From positions 1 through 64,000 of IMG/VR virus record IMGVR_UViG_3300042566_002057: 64,000 bases of DNA. One strand, given 5' to 3'. The notes under the pieces are model-generated. The model did no database searches. It saw only the letters and a list, made by a program, of their open reading frames with translations, and was not told the DNA's origin. The stretch comes from a virus. Positions 46,536 to 58,279 of this stretch are shown piece after piece; positions within the stretch are counted from its first letter, which is position 1; every line of letters begins with the position of its first letter. The position numbers and the translations under genes are program-made.

Positions 46536-48644
46536 ATGGAAGAAAACAAACAATACTTAGAGACTGTACCTGATGTAAGAGCAGCTCTTGAAGACGATGA
46601 TGATGATAGAGGATATGGTTCCTCAAAAAAATCAGAGTCTAAATCTAAGACTCCGGTCTTAGATACTTACAGCCGAGACCTTACTAAAATGGCCGAAGAT
46701 GGTAGACTTGATCCTATCGTAGGTAGAGAAAAAGAAATTGAAAGAGTTTCACAAATTTTATCTCGTAGAAAAAAGAACAATCCAATTTTAATTGGTGAAC
46801 CAGGTGTTGGTAAATCTTCTATTGCGGAAGGTTTAGCTTTAAGAATCGTTCAGAGAAAAGTTTCAAGATTACTTTTCAATAAAAGAATCGTTATGCTTGA
46901 CTTAGCTTCTATGGTTGCTGGTACTAAATATCGTGGTCAGTTTGAGGAAAGAATTAAAGCTCTTATGGCTGAAATGGAAAAAGAACCAGATGTAATTCTT
47001 TTCATTGATGAAATTCACACAATGATTGGGGCTGGTGGTGCTTCTGGATCATTAGATGCTTCTAATATGTTCAAACCGGCACTTGCACGTGGTGAAATCC
47101 AAATCATCGGAGCTACTACTTTGGATGAATATAGAAAACACATTGAGAAAGACGGAGCTCTTGAAAGAAGATTCCAAAAAGTAACTGTTGAACCTGCTAC
47201 TTCTGATGAGTCAATTCAGATTCTTAATAACATTAAAGACAAGTATGAATACCATCATAATGTTACTTACACTGAAGGTGCTATCAAAGCTTGTGTTGAA
47301 TTAACAAATCGTTATCTTACTGATAGACATTTACCAGATAAAGCAATTGATGCTTTAGATGAAGTAGGTGCTCGTGTTCATATTTCTAACATCAACGTTC
47401 CTAAAGAAATTACAGACATTGAGAAGAAGATTGTTGAAATTAAAGAAAAGAAAAACGATGTAATTCGTTCTCAAAAATATGAAGAGGCGGCTCGTCTTCG
47501 TGATGTTGAACGTCAACTTAATACCGAACTTGAAGAAGCAAGAAAAGCTTGGGAAGAAGAACAAAAAAATCATCGTCAAATTGTAAATGAAGAAGCTGTT
47601 GCTGAAGTTGTTTCAATGATGTGTGGTATTCCTTTACAAAAGATTTCACAAAACGAGAATGACAAACTTGCTAAGATGCCAGAGAGTATTCAAGGTAAAG
47701 TAATTGGTCAAGATGAAGCTGTTGGAAAGATTGTAAAAGCGATTCAACGTGGTCGAGTTGGTCTTAAAGATCCTAATAAACCAATTGGTTCATTTATGTT
47801 CTTAGGACCTACGGGTGTTGGTAAAACACAATTGGCTAAAGTTTTGGCGAAGTATCTATTTGACTCAGAAGATTCTTTAATTAGAATTGATATGTCTGAG
47901 TATATGGAAAAATTCGCAGTATCTCGTTTGATTGGAGCGCCCCCGGGATATGTTGGTCACGATGAAGGTGGTCAGTTAACTGAAAAAGTTAGACGTAAAC
48001 CTTATTCGGTAGTTCTTTTAGATGAGATTGAAAAAGCTCACCCTGAAGTATTTAACTTACTTCTACAAGTTCTTGATGATGGTCAATTGACTGACTCACT
48101 TGGTAGAAAAGTAAACTTTAAGAACACCATTATCATTATGACTTCTAATACTGGTTCTCGTCAGTTGAAGGACTTTGGAACTGGTGTAGGATTTGCTACT
48201 AAACACAAAGAAGATAAAAAAGATGAAGAAGCAAATGCTGTGATTGAAAAAGAACTTAAAAAGAAATTTGCTCCAGAATTCTTAAACCGTGTTGATGATG
48301 TTGTGATGTTTAACTCTCTTGAAAAAGAAGACATCAATAAAATTATCAAAATTGAGTTAGAAAGACTTGTTGATAGAGTGAAACAAATGGAATACAATCT
48401 TGAAATTACAGATAATGCCGTTGAATACATTGCTTCACAAGGATTTGATCCTCAATACGGAGCTCGTCCTCTAAAAAGAGCGATTCAGAAAAATGTAGAA
48501 GATGTTCTTACTGAAGAAATTATTACATCAAATCCAGAAAAGAATTCACTTATGATATTGGATTACAATTCTGAGGATGATAAAATGGTCGTCATTTTAG
48601 AAAAGAAGAAAAAAACTACTCGTAAGAAGAAAACTGAAGAGTAA
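46536..48644 (+). CDS. clpC: ClpC/ClpB-family AAA+ ATPase lacking the N-terminal Clp repeat domain
   Basis: GEPGVGKS and GPTGVGKT Walker A motifs; UVR-like middle domain; GAPPGYVG; GVGF loop. Confidence 0.9.
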   Translation: MEENKQYLETVPDVRAALEDDDDDRGYGSSKKSESKSKTPVLDTYSRDLTKMAEDGRLDPIVGREKEIERVSQILSRRKKNNPILIGEPGVGKSSIAEGLALRIVQRKVSRLLFNKRIVMLDLASMVAGTKYRGQFEERIKALMAEMEKEPDVILFIDEIHTMIGAGGASGSLDASNMFKPALARGEIQIIGATTLDEYRKHIEKDGALERRFQKVTVEPATSDESIQILNNIKDKYEYHHNVTYTEGAIKACVELTNRYLTDRHLPDKAIDALDEVGARVHISNINVPKEITDIEKKIVEIKEKKNDVIRSQKYEEAARLRDVERQLNTELEEARKAWEEEQKNHRQIVNEEAVAEVVSMMCGIPLQKISQNENDKLAKMPESIQGKVIGQDEAVGKIVKAIQRGRVGLKDPNKPIGSFMFLGPTGVGKTQLAKVLAKYLFDSEDSLIRIDMSEYMEKFAVSRLIGAPPGYVGHDEGGQLTEKVRRKPYSVVLLDEIEKAHPEVFNLLLQVLDDGQLTDSLGRKVNFKNTIIIMTSNTGSRQLKDFGTGVGFATKHKEDKKDEEANAVIEKELKKKFAPEFLNRVDDVVMFNSLEKEDINKIIKIELERLVDRVKQMEYNLEITDNAVEYIASQGFDPQYGARPLKRAIQKNVEDVLTEEIITSNPEKNSLMILDYNSEDDKMVVILEKKKKTTRKKKTEE

Positions 48645-48669
48645 AAATTAAAAGAGAGAGTATTATTAA

Positions 48670-49593
48670 ATGAATAAAGATTCTAAAATTTATGTAGCTG
48701 GTCATCGAGGTATGGTTGGATCTGCAATAGTAAGAAGACTAGAAGAGTTAGGTTACACTAACATTGTTACTGCTCCACGAAATAAACTAAACCTATTAGA
48801 CCAGTCGGAGGTTGATAATTTCTTCACAAAACAAAAGCCAGAATATGTTTTTTTAGCAGCAGCTAAGGTTGGTGGTATAAAAGCCAACAGTGAAATGAAA
48901 GGAGATTTCATCTATGATAATCTTATGATACAAACAAATGTCATTAGAGCTTGTAAAGAACAAGGTGTAGAAAAATTACTTTTTTTAGGGAGTTCTTGTA
49001 TTTATCCAAAGTTAGCACCTCAACCTATCAAAGAAGATTACTTACTAAGTGGTAAGTTAGAACCAACTAATGATGCTTATGCTATTTCTAAAATAGCCGG
49101 AATCATGATGTGTCAGTCATTTAATCAACAATATGGAACTAATTTCATCTCAGTAATGCCAACTAATCTTTATGGTAAAAATGATAATTATGATTTAAAT
49201 AATTCTCACGTTTTACCTGCTATGATTCGTAAGTTTCACGAAGCTAAGTTAGAAGGAAAAGATAAAGTTGAAATTTGGGGAACTGGTACTCCAATGCGTG
49301 AGTTTCTTTATGTAGATGACTTAGCAGATGCTTGTGTTTATCTTATGAGCAGTTATGACGAATCTGAAATAGTAAATATTGGAACAGGTGAAGATATAAC
49401 AATTAAAGACTTAGCTTACTTAGTAAAAGATGTTGTTGATTTTCAAGGTGAAATTTATTTTAACACTGACATGCCGGATGGAACACCTAGAAAACTTTTA
49501 GACGTATCAAAACTAAAAGATTTAGGTTGGACCTACAAAACATCTCTTAAAGAGGGAATACAAAAAACTTACTTAGATTATGTCAGTAAATAA
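48670..49593 (+). CDS. fcl: GDP-L-fucose synthase
   Basis: GHRGMVGSA, AAAKVGGI, LGSSCIYP and YAISK motifs. Confidence 0.96.
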   Translation: MNKDSKIYVAGHRGMVGSAIVRRLEELGYTNIVTAPRNKLNLLDQSEVDNFFTKQKPEYVFLAAAKVGGIKANSEMKGDFIYDNLMIQTNVIRACKEQGVEKLLFLGSSCIYPKLAPQPIKEDYLLSGKLEPTNDAYAISKIAGIMMCQSFNQQYGTNFISVMPTNLYGKNDNYDLNNSHVLPAMIRKFHEAKLEGKDKVEIWGTGTPMREFLYVDDLADACVYLMSSYDESEIVNIGTGEDITIKDLAYLVKDVVDFQGEIYFNTDMPDGTPRKLLDVSKLKDLGWTYKTSLKEGIQKTYLDYVSK

Positions 49594-50620
49594 AAAAGCT
49601 TTAATAACTGGAATTACCGGAATGGATGGTTCACACTTAGCTGAACTACTACTTGAAAAAGGATATGAAGTTCACGGTATTATTAGAAGAACATCAACTT
49701 TTAACACAGTTAGAATTGACCATATCTTCGATAGATTAAAATTACACTATGGTGATGTCACGGATCCATTAGTTATTTCTAGTCTAATCTCAGAAATTCA
49801 ACCTGATGAGGTTTACAATTTAGCAGCTCAATCTCATGTTAAGGTTTCATTTGAAATACCTTATTATACTGCTCAAGTTGATGGACTTGGAACACTTGTT
49901 GTATTGGATGCTGTTAGAAATCACTGTCCAAAAGCTAAAGTTTATCAAGCATCAACTTCAGAACTTTATGGTGGTATGGGTTATAATATGCCAGAAACTG
50001 GATATACTGAAGAATCTAAAATGCATCCAAGAAGTCCTTATGGAGTTGCTAAATTATATGGTCTTTGGATTACTAAAAATTATAGAGAATCATATAATAT
50101 GTTTATCTGTAATGGTATTCTTTTTAACCACGAAGGTGAGCGTAGGGGAGAAACATTTGTTACTCGTAAAATAACTTTAGCACTCGCTAAGATTAAAAAA
50201 TCTATTGAAAATGGTGAAGACTTCCAAACATTAAAATTAGGCAATCTTTATTCCAAAAGAGACTGGGGATATGCCAAAGATTATGTAAGGGGTATGTGGA
50301 TGATGTTACAAAAAGATGAACCAGATGATTATGTATTATCAACAAATGAAACATACTCAATTAAAGAGTTTGTTGAAATGGCTTGTAAAGAGTGTGGTTG
50401 GAACATAAACTGGATCGGTGAAGGTGTAAATGAAAAAGGAATTTTAGATAATGGATTAACTATTATAGAAGTAAGTCCAAAATACTATAGACCAGCTGAA
50501 GTACAAATACTCTTAGGTGATTATACAAAAGCTAAAGAAAAATTAAACTGGATTCCAGAAGTAAAACTTCCAGAGTTAGTTAAAATCATGATGCAACATG
50601 ATATTAAAAATATAAAATAA
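49580..50620 (+). CDS. gmd: GDP-mannose 4,6-dehydratase
   Basis: GITGMDG, NLAAQSHV, QASTSE and SPYGVAK motifs. Confidence 0.96.
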   Translation: MSVNKKALITGITGMDGSHLAELLLEKGYEVHGIIRRTSTFNTVRIDHIFDRLKLHYGDVTDPLVISSLISEIQPDEVYNLAAQSHVKVSFEIPYYTAQVDGLGTLVVLDAVRNHCPKAKVYQASTSELYGGMGYNMPETGYTEESKMHPRSPYGVAKLYGLWITKNYRESYNMFICNGILFNHEGERRGETFVTRKITLALAKIKKSIENGEDFQTLKLGNLYSKRDWGYAKDYVRGMWMMLQKDEPDDYVLSTNETYSIKEFVEMACKECGWNINWIGEGVNEKGILDNGLTIIEVSPKYYRPAEVQILLGDYTKAKEKLNWIPEVKLPELVKIMMQHDIKNIK

Positions 50621-50623
50621 AAG

Positions 50624-51328
50624 ATGATACATATTTTATGGTGTACACTTAGACCTTCTCAATTTATTAACATGCATCAGGAGTGGATGAGAAGAGCTGA
50701 AAATCCTGAAAACATACAAACTTATGTGGCTGTCAATTGGGAACAACACGCAAACGAATTAAGAGATTACTTAAAAAAGAATTATTTAATTACACTTAAT
50801 ACTAATCGTATTGGTGTTTGTTATCCATCATATCAATTATCTTCTAACTTAGGTGTAAATATGGGTCAATGTAAAGATGATGATATTGTTGTTTTTGCAT
50901 CTGATGATTTTATGGCACCTCAAGGATGGGACACTTATCTTATTGATAAATTAAAAGAAAGAACATCTGCTCTTTTTGTAAGAGATGGTTATCAACTACC
51001 AGACTCTTCTAATATGTTACATCCAGCAATCACTATTCCAATTATGACATATGATTGTTTACTAAAGATAAACAGAGCTATTTATCATCCATCTTATAAC
51101 CATATGTTTTCAGATTGTGAGCTTTATCTAACATTAAAAGATTTAGGTCTTTTATATGATGATAGATTAAATGATGAAACAACATTTGAGCATCACCATT
51201 ATGCCGCTGGTAAAAGAACTGCTGACCAGGCCGACCAAGCTTATAGTAATAAGTGGAAAGAAGATGAGATAACTTGGAATAAAAGAAAAGATATGTCAGT
51301 AGAAGAAAGAATTTTAGTATCGGAATGA
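50624..51328 (+). CDS. GT-A fold glycosyltransferase-like protein
   Basis: ASDDF DxD-like motif; MFSDCE; EHHH. Confidence 0.6.
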   Translation: MIHILWCTLRPSQFINMHQEWMRRAENPENIQTYVAVNWEQHANELRDYLKKNYLITLNTNRIGVCYPSYQLSSNLGVNMGQCKDDDIVVFASDDFMAPQGWDTYLIDKLKERTSALFVRDGYQLPDSSNMLHPAITIPIMTYDCLLKINRAIYHPSYNHMFSDCELYLTLKDLGLLYDDRLNDETTFEHHHYAAGKRTADQADQAYSNKWKEDEITWNKRKDMSVEERILVSE

Positions 51329-52155
51329 AAAAGAAAATTAAAATAGACTTTACAGACTTCTGGGGTGGATTTGATAAGACAAATAATTACTTCTACAACT
51401 TATTGAAAGATGAATTTGATGTGGTGATAACTTCTAATCCTGACTTTTTATTTTTCTCTGTTTTTGGTAACCAACATCAAAATTATAAGTGTAAAAAGAT
51501 TTTTTACACTGGTGAGAATGTTGCACCACCGTTAGGATATTGTGATTACTCTTTCTCATTCGATTATTTAGATGATGTGAGAAACTATAGACTACCACAT
51601 TATTTATTATATGATGGTTATTATGAATTAGAAAGAGAAAAGATAATTGATAATAGTTTATCCAATCGTAAGTTTTGTAATTTTATTGCTTCTAATGGTA
51701 ATTGTCAAGAAAGAAATCAATTTGTTCAATTATTATCACAGTATAAAAAAGTAGATTGTGGTGGTCAATGGATGAATAACATTGGTTATGCGGTAACTGA
51801 TAAGAGAAAATTTCAATCAGAATATAAATTTTCCATCTCATTTGAGAATAATGCTTATAGACCTCAATTTCCTGGATACACGACTGAGAAAATTATGGAA
51901 CCTATGACAGTCAACTCAATGCCAATATACTGGGGTAATCCAGAGATTTATAAAGAATTTAATACTAAATCTTTTGTAAATTTTTACGATTTCAACAATA
52001 TAAACGAAATGGTTGACTATATTATAGAACTCGATAAGAATGATAACTTATATTTAGATAAGTTAAGAGAACATTGGTTTGTTAATAATGAAACACCAAC
52101 TAATAATAAGATAGAAAATATAAAGTCTTTCTTATATAAAATATTTAATAACTAA
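51325..52155 (+). CDS. alpha-1,3-fucosyltransferase (GT10)
   Basis: FYTGEN, YKFSISFEN, GYTTEKI and PIYWG motifs. Confidence 0.9.
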   Translation: MKKKIKIDFTDFWGGFDKTNNYFYNLLKDEFDVVITSNPDFLFFSVFGNQHQNYKCKKIFYTGENVAPPLGYCDYSFSFDYLDDVRNYRLPHYLLYDGYYELEREKIIDNSLSNRKFCNFIASNGNCQERNQFVQLLSQYKKVDCGGQWMNNIGYAVTDKRKFQSEYKFSISFENNAYRPQFPGYTTEKIMEPMTVNSMPIYWGNPEIYKEFNTKSFVNFYDFNNINEMVDYIIELDKNDNLYLDKLREHWFVNNETPTNNKIENIKSFLYKIFNN

Positions 52156-52779
52156 ATGACTGGAATAGTAGTAGCAAGATACAATGAAGACACAAAGTGG
52201 TTAGAAGAATTTAATGATTTTAATATTCACTTGTATAATAAAGGTGAAGATGAATTAGTAAATTCAATAAAACTACCAAATGTTGGAAGAGAAGCACATA
52301 CTTATCTAACACATATTGTTAATAATTATGATAATCTTGATGATGTTATAATTTTCACTCAGGGTAATCCTGATCACGCCTCTGATATAAATGAATTTAG
52401 AAGTTTAGAAAACTTCAGTGGTTACAAAACATTTGTTGAATATTATGGGAATATGACTGATGGTGAAATAATATCTAGAAAGAATCAACCAGGTGCTTAT
52501 TGGATGGCTTTTTCACAAAGAAGTCAAATAACACCAAATGTTGTTTACAAATTTCTATATGGAAAAGAAATTTCTAATTGTTGGGTTGCTGTTTGTGCAA
52601 TTTTTGCGGTAGACAAAGAAACAATATTAAAACACCCAAAAGAAAAATACCAACAATTACTTATGTTATTTGATAGACCAGATTTTAACTGGATGGCTTA
52701 TGTTCTTGAATATAGTTGGACACTTATGTTTAAACCAGAGGGATTCAATACTGAAGAAGTAAAAGAAAATATAATATAA
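52156..52779 (+). CDS. DUF3431-like protein
   Basis: VVARYNED, LPNVGREAHTYL.HI, FTQG and LE..W motifs. Confidence 0.75.
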   Translation: MTGIVVARYNEDTKWLEEFNDFNIHLYNKGEDELVNSIKLPNVGREAHTYLTHIVNNYDNLDDVIIFTQGNPDHASDINEFRSLENFSGYKTFVEYYGNMTDGEIISRKNQPGAYWMAFSQRSQITPNVVYKFLYGKEISNCWVAVCAIFAVDKETILKHPKEKYQQLLMLFDRPDFNWMAYVLEYSWTLMFKPEGFNTEEVKENII

Positions 52780-52827
52780 ATGAATTTTTATTACAAAACA
52801 ATAAGATAAATAATTATAAAATTAAAT

Positions 52828-54063
52828 ATGAAACAAATTTCACAAATTGAAAATAAAGAAAAAAATATCAATTGTTTAATATCAGGTGAGCAACTATTAA
52901 AGATATTAGATTTTGGAATGCATCCTTACGCAGATACATTTATTCCTGAAAATTTAGTTGATAAAAGTGAACCTGTATTTCCATTAGAAGTTTACTTGAA
53001 TCCTAATAATGGTAATATACAATTAGGTTGTGTTACAAACGATTTTGATAGATATAATTTATATGATTACTCATATACTTCATCTAACTCAAATTTTTCT
53101 AAAACACACTGGAGAAAATATAAAGATAGAATTGTAGAAAAATTCAATCCAGTTGATAAGTTTATCATTGAAGTAGGATCTAACGATGGTTTTTTATTAG
53201 GTATGTTCTCTGAATCAAATTCAATTCTTGGGGTTGATTCTTCGAAACAAATGGTAGATGTTGCTAATAGTAATGGTGTGAGAAGTATTCATAGAATTTT
53301 TAATACTGATACCGCTAATGAAATAAAAAGTAATTATGGTTTGTGTGATATACTTATTGCGAATAATGTATTTAATCACTCTAATAATCCTGTAGACTTT
53401 GCAACTGGTGTGTCTAACATTCTAAATACCGATGGTGTTTTTGTATTTGAATTACCCTACTGGTTTGATACTGTAAGAAGTGGTAAATTTGATCAAGTTT
53501 ATCATGAGCACATAAGCTACTTCACAGTAAATTCAGCTTATCATTTACTAAAAAAGGCAAATTTAGAAATCTTTGATGTAGAATTAGTTGACTACCACGG
53601 TGGAAGTATAAGAGTTTACTCTAGAAAATCATCAAGTCCTAAAATGAATCCATTAGTCAAGAAACTAATAGATGATGAAGTGTCATATGGTTTATTTAAC
53701 TCTGAGACATATGTAAAATGGCAGAAAGAACTTGAACTTAAAAGAAATCAATTTTTATCTGAAATATTTGATCTTAAGATTAAAAATCCTAATTCAATAA
53801 TAATAGGTGTTGGTGCTGCAGCTAAAGCAAATACATTTCTTAATTATTACAGAATTGATAAAAGTATATTAAATTATATCACTGATTCGTCAGAGTATAA
53901 AATTGGAAAACTTACACCACTTAGTAGGATTCCAATTGTATCAGATGATATTTTTTCCGAGTTTGATGATGTTTACGCGATGATTTTATCTTGGAACATT
54001 TCACAAGATTTGATAGATATACTTAAAAAAATAAATCCAAAAATTAAATTTATAAAAATATGA
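52828..54063 (+). CDS. NDP-sugar C-methyltransferase
   Basis: EVGSNDG, NVFNH, YHEHISYF, HGGSIR and GAAAKA motifs. Confidence 0.9.
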   Translation: MKQISQIENKEKNINCLISGEQLLKILDFGMHPYADTFIPENLVDKSEPVFPLEVYLNPNNGNIQLGCVTNDFDRYNLYDYSYTSSNSNFSKTHWRKYKDRIVEKFNPVDKFIIEVGSNDGFLLGMFSESNSILGVDSSKQMVDVANSNGVRSIHRIFNTDTANEIKSNYGLCDILIANNVFNHSNNPVDFATGVSNILNTDGVFVFELPYWFDTVRSGKFDQVYHEHISYFTVNSAYHLLKKANLEIFDVELVDYHGGSIRVYSRKSSSPKMNPLVKKLIDDEVSYGLFNSETYVKWQKELELKRNQFLSEIFDLKIKNPNSIIIGVGAAAKANTFLNYYRIDKSILNYITDSSEYKIGKLTPLSRIPIVSDDIFSEFDDVYAMILSWNISQDLIDILKKINPKIKFIKI

Positions 54064-54464
54064 AAGTTATTAATATATTCGACGGAGATAATCCTAATTT
54101 AGAAGTTCATAGAGATGGTAGAGGAACTATCGCTGATATTTTTTACAATACAAAAATTGAGCATGTTGCAATTATTCAATCCGAACCTAATGTAATTAGA
54201 GGAAATCACTACCATAAAGAAACTACACAGTCTATGTTAATGACTAAAGGATCACTTGAATATTGGTACAAGCCAGTAGAAAGTGATGAGCCAGCTAAGA
54301 TGTATCTTTGTAAAGTTGGTGATCTAATCACAACTGGGCCATATGAAATACACGCTCTAAAAATTACAGAAGAAGGAAACGAATTTATTGTTTTTACAGA
54401 AGGTAAAAGAGGAGGAATGGATTATGAGTCCGATACTTATAGAGTTGATTCAATAATTCCATAA
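54060..54464 (+). CDS. cupin-fold sugar isomerase/epimerase
   Basis: DGRG, RGNHYH and HA motifs. Confidence 0.75.
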   Translation: MKVINIFDGDNPNLEVHRDGRGTIADIFYNTKIEHVAIIQSEPNVIRGNHYHKETTQSMLMTKGSLEYWYKPVESDEPAKMYLCKVGDLITTGPYEIHALKITEEGNEFIVFTEGKRGGMDYESDTYRVDSIIP

Positions 54465-54486
54465 ACAGAATAAATTAATAAATTTT

Positions 54487-55008
54487 ATGAAAGTTGGTGA
54501 AGATGTTATCATAGATAATGATGTTGTATTTAAGAGACCTGAATTTGTCTCTATCGGAGATCATGTTGCAATTGACAAAGGATTTTATTGTACAACTAAA
54601 ATAGAGATAGGTAACTACGTTCACATATCACCATATGTAACTTGTATAGGTGGTGTAGATGGTCACTTCATTTGTAAAGGTTTTAACAACATTATGGCTG
54701 GAGCTAGAATAGTTTGTTCATCTGATAGGTTTGATGATAGTGGTTTATTTGGTGCTATGATTCCTAATCAACTAAAAGGAAATCAAATAATAAAACCTGT
54801 GATAATGGAAGAGTTCTCTAATATAGGAACGAATTCAATAGTGTTACCAGGTTCTATATTAAGAAAGGGTGTATTGTTAGCCGCTGGTTCTCTATTAATC
54901 GGAGATACAGAAGAATGGGGAGTTTATAAAGGAAATCCGGCTGTTTTGGTAAAAAAGATTAATCCTGAAAAAATTATAAAAAATGCAAAACTATTAGGTT
55001 ATGAGTAA
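54487..55008 (+). CDS. hexapeptide-repeat acyltransferase
   Basis: IGDHVAID, IGNYVHIS and GNPA motifs. Confidence 0.85.
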   Translation: MKVGEDVIIDNDVVFKRPEFVSIGDHVAIDKGFYCTTKIEIGNYVHISPYVTCIGGVDGHFICKGFNNIMAGARIVCSSDRFDDSGLFGAMIPNQLKGNQIIKPVIMEEFSNIGTNSIVLPGSILRKGVLLAAGSLLIGDTEEWGVYKGNPAVLVKKINPEKIIKNAKLLGYE

Positions 55009-55732
55009 ATATGTTTATAATAGTTGGCCTTTGGGTAAAGTCTCTAAAGATTTACAAAGACCAGAATTAGAAATAATAAAAGAAATGGGATATCATTGGT
55101 CGGATCCAAGAGATGTAATTGATATGTTTGAGGAAAAAATTGCTAAGTTTGCTGGTTCCAAATTTGCAGTTTCTGTAGATTGTTGTTCTAATGGACTTTT
55201 TCTTTGTATGAAATACCTACAAAGTATTTCGTCTGAAAATAAAAAATTAGAAGTTACTATCCCTAATAGAACTTATGTTTCAGTAGCTATGCAAATCAAA
55301 CATGCTGGTTGGATTCCTAAATTCGATGAGATTAACTGGAATGGTGTATATCAATTAGGTGATACAAGAATCTGGGATGGTGCTGGAAGATACACAAAGG
55401 ATATGTATTTAGGTGGTGATGTTTTACAAGTATTATCTTTTCAAATAAAAAAGAAAATTCCAATTGGTAAGGGTGGTGTTATTCTAACAGACGATGAACA
55501 AGCATATAACTGGTTGAAGTTAGCATCTTATGATGGTAGAGATTTAAGGACTCCTTATACAGATGAGAACCATATCAGACAAATAGGTTGGCATATGTAT
55601 ATGACACCTGAGGATGCCGCTAGAGGTATTATACTTATGGATAAAACACCTGAAATCAATGAAGACTTTCAAAATGATGGTATGTATCCAGAAATAAAAG
55701 AATTATTAAAAAATATAAATTTATATGAGTAA
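55001..55732 (+). CDS. DegT/DnrJ-family aminotransferase (short form)
   Basis: FEEKIAKF, LSFQIKK and GKGGVILTDD motifs. Confidence 0.8.
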   Translation: MSKYVYNSWPLGKVSKDLQRPELEIIKEMGYHWSDPRDVIDMFEEKIAKFAGSKFAVSVDCCSNGLFLCMKYLQSISSENKKLEVTIPNRTYVSVAMQIKHAGWIPKFDEINWNGVYQLGDTRIWDGAGRYTKDMYLGGDVLQVLSFQIKKKIPIGKGGVILTDDEQAYNWLKLASYDGRDLRTPYTDENHIRQIGWHMYMTPEDAARGIILMDKTPEINEDFQNDGMYPEIKELLKNINLYE

Positions 55733-56717
55733 GAAAAAAGCGTTTATAACAGGAATATCCGGCCAAGATGGTTCATATCTTTCAGAGTATTTACTATCTA
55801 AAGATTATGAGGTTTATGGTATAGTAAGAAGAAGTTCGGTAGCTGAAAATCAACTATCAAGACTTAATCCAGTAATTGATAAAATAAATGTCTCTTATGG
55901 TGATATGTTGGATCAAACATCATTAGAAAAAGCACTTACTGATATCAAACCAGATGAAATTTATAATTTAGCAGCTCAGTCGCATGTTAGAGTAAGTTTT
56001 GATGTACCTCAATTCACAGTACAGACTAACTCAATTGGTGTTGTGAATATATTAGAAGCTTATAAAAGAATAGTTCCTGAAGCTAAATTCTATCAAGCTT
56101 CAAGTTCTGAAATGTTTGGACTTAGTGTAGACGATGATGGTTATCAAAGAGAAACAACATCTCTTAATCCGGTATCACCATATGGTTGCTCTAAGGTCTT
56201 TGCGTATAATATGGTTAGACATTATAGAAGAGCACACGGATTACATGCGGTTAATGGTATATTATTCAACCATGAGTCTCCAAGAAGAGGAAGTAACTTT
56301 GTAACTAATAAAGTTGTAAAGAGTGCTTGTCTTATAAAACTTGGTAAATTAGATAAACTTGAACTCGGTAACTTGGACTCTTATAGAGATTGGGGTCACT
56401 CAAAAGACTATGTAAGAGCAATGCACTCAATATTAAATCACGATACTCCTGATGACTTTGTTGTATCAACTGGTAGAACAAATAGTGTAAGAGAGATGTG
56501 TGATGTGGTTTTTAAATATTTAGACTTAGATTATAAAGATTATATTTTACAGAATCCTAAGTTTTTGAGACCGGAAGAACTTCCATATCTTAAGGGTGAT
56601 TGTAGTAAATTAAAAAATACTATTAATTGGGAACCAGAGTACTCATTTGAGGAAATGATGTATGAGATGTGTGATCATTGGATGGATGTTTTACAAAATA
56701 AAGAATCTCTTCGATGA
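55725..56717 (+). CDS. gmd: GDP-mannose 4,6-dehydratase (second copy)
   Basis: GISGQDGSY, NLAAQSHV, SPYGCSK and NHESPRRG motifs. Confidence 0.95.
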   Translation: MSKKKAFITGISGQDGSYLSEYLLSKDYEVYGIVRRSSVAENQLSRLNPVIDKINVSYGDMLDQTSLEKALTDIKPDEIYNLAAQSHVRVSFDVPQFTVQTNSIGVVNILEAYKRIVPEAKFYQASSSEMFGLSVDDDGYQRETTSLNPVSPYGCSKVFAYNMVRHYRRAHGLHAVNGILFNHESPRRGSNFVTNKVVKSACLIKLGKLDKLELGNLDSYRDWGHSKDYVRAMHSILNHDTPDDFVVSTGRTNSVREMCDVVFKYLDLDYKDYILQNPKFLRPEELPYLKGDCSKLKNTINWEPEYSFEEMMYEMCDHWMDVLQNKESLR

Positions 56718-57427
56718 AAAAAATAATAGCTTTCTCACTATGGGGTGATAATTCGATTTATTGGACAGGAGCAGTTAGAAATATAGAACTTGCTAAAAAG
56801 TTTTATCCAGATTGGTTTTGTAGATTTTACGTTGATTCAAATTGTAAAAAAGAACTTATAGAAACTCTTTCAGGTGAGAACGTTGAGATTGTTCTTATGA
56901 ACTCTTCTAACTATGATTATAGTAATATTTCACCTAGATTTAATCACTCTGGTTTATTTTGGAGATTTTTGGCTTTATCAGATGAATCTGTTGATTATGT
57001 AATTTCGAGAGATTGTGATTCGCGTATTTCTAAAAGAGAGTCAGATGCTGTAAATGAGTGGTTGAATTCAGATAAGAGATTTCATATTATGAGAGACCAT
57101 CCTTACCACAGAGTTCCTATATTAGCTGGAATGTGGGGTTGTAAAAGAGAGTTTTTATCAAATATAAAAGAACTTCTTAACTTTTGGGAAAACTATCCAC
57201 ATAAAGGTGTTTTTCATGCAGAGGATCAAGACTTTTTAGGTCAATTAATTTATTCTTTAGTGAAAAATGAGTGTATGGAGCACTCTGAGTTTAATATATC
57301 CTATGGTAATGAAATAAGAAACTTTCCTGAAAAAAGAGTTGATTATGAATTCATAGGAGATGTATTTGATGAAAATGATAATAGAAATCCAGATTATTGG
57401 ATATTAATAAAAAATATAGAAGGTTAA
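56714..57427 (+). CDS. putative glycosyltransferase
   Basis: FSLWG, FWRF, RDCDSR, MRDHP.H and DQDFL motifs. Confidence 0.65.
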   Translation: MKKIIAFSLWGDNSIYWTGAVRNIELAKKFYPDWFCRFYVDSNCKKELIETLSGENVEIVLMNSSNYDYSNISPRFNHSGLFWRFLALSDESVDYVISRDCDSRISKRESDAVNEWLNSDKRFHIMRDHPYHRVPILAGMWGCKREFLSNIKELLNFWENYPHKGVFHAEDQDFLGQLIYSLVKNECMEHSEFNISYGNEIRNFPEKRVDYEFIGDVFDENDNRNPDYWILIKNIEG

Positions 57428-58279
57428 ATGAAAATAGATAAGATACTATTCATTAGTGACTCGAATATAAACTATTTGAGTTTTTGGAATTCAATTTCCA
57501 AGTATTACAAAAAAAGATTCAATTTAGACAGTAAGTTGTTTTTTATTGGTGAGAAAACTTCAGAAAATGAACAATTCTTATCAGAAGAGTGGGGTGAAGT
57601 TGAAGTAGTAAAACCACTTGAAAATGTTCCAATAATTATACAAAGCTTATGGGGTAAATTTTGGTTTACTCAAACTGAGCCAGATACAAACTGGTTGATT
57701 GGTGATATTGACTTATACCTTCTTAATAAAGAATATTTTGAGTATTGTATGTCTATTATACCAGATGGTACTTATGCACATATTAACGCAAATGGTTACA
57801 AAGATGGTAATTGGTGGGAAAGACCGTTGACTGGTATTCCTGGGTATTTTCACTGTGGGCCTGGTAAAAAATTTAAGGAATACTTAGAACTATCTGATTC
57901 TTTTGAGGAAGATTGTCTTTATATCTACAATTCTAAAAAATATGGAATACTTTATAATGGATTAATTCAACACGAAGATCAAGCTCCTCAAAGAGTTAAA
58001 GATAAAAAAGAATTTGGATTTATTTGTTGTGAGGAAAACTTAACTACTGAAAGGTTAAAAAGACACAAAGATCAAATAACTTCAATTACTTATCCTACAA
58101 ATTTAGTAAGAGTTGAAACTCCTTATGCTCTTCATGGTCAAGCTACTCCAGAAGATTTTGATTTTGTACATATTTTCAATCCAACACATAAGAACTTTTA
58201 TATTGACTTTCATGCACCAAGACCATACACTGTGTTTGGTGATAGAATAGAAAAAATATTAGACTACTATTATGAATAG
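57428..58279 (+). CDS. putative glycosyltransferase
   Basis: GDID DxD motif; located in the glycan cluster. Confidence 0.55.
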   Translation: MKIDKILFISDSNINYLSFWNSISKYYKKRFNLDSKLFFIGEKTSENEQFLSEEWGEVEVVKPLENVPIIIQSLWGKFWFTQTEPDTNWLIGDIDLYLLNKEYFEYCMSIIPDGTYAHINANGYKDGNWWERPLTGIPGYFHCGPGKKFKEYLELSDSFEEDCLYIYNSKKYGILYNGLIQHEDQAPQRVKDKKEFGFICCEENLTTERLKRHKDQITSITYPTNLVRVETPYALHGQATPEDFDFVHIFNPTHKNFYIDFHAPRPYTVFGDRIEKILDYYYE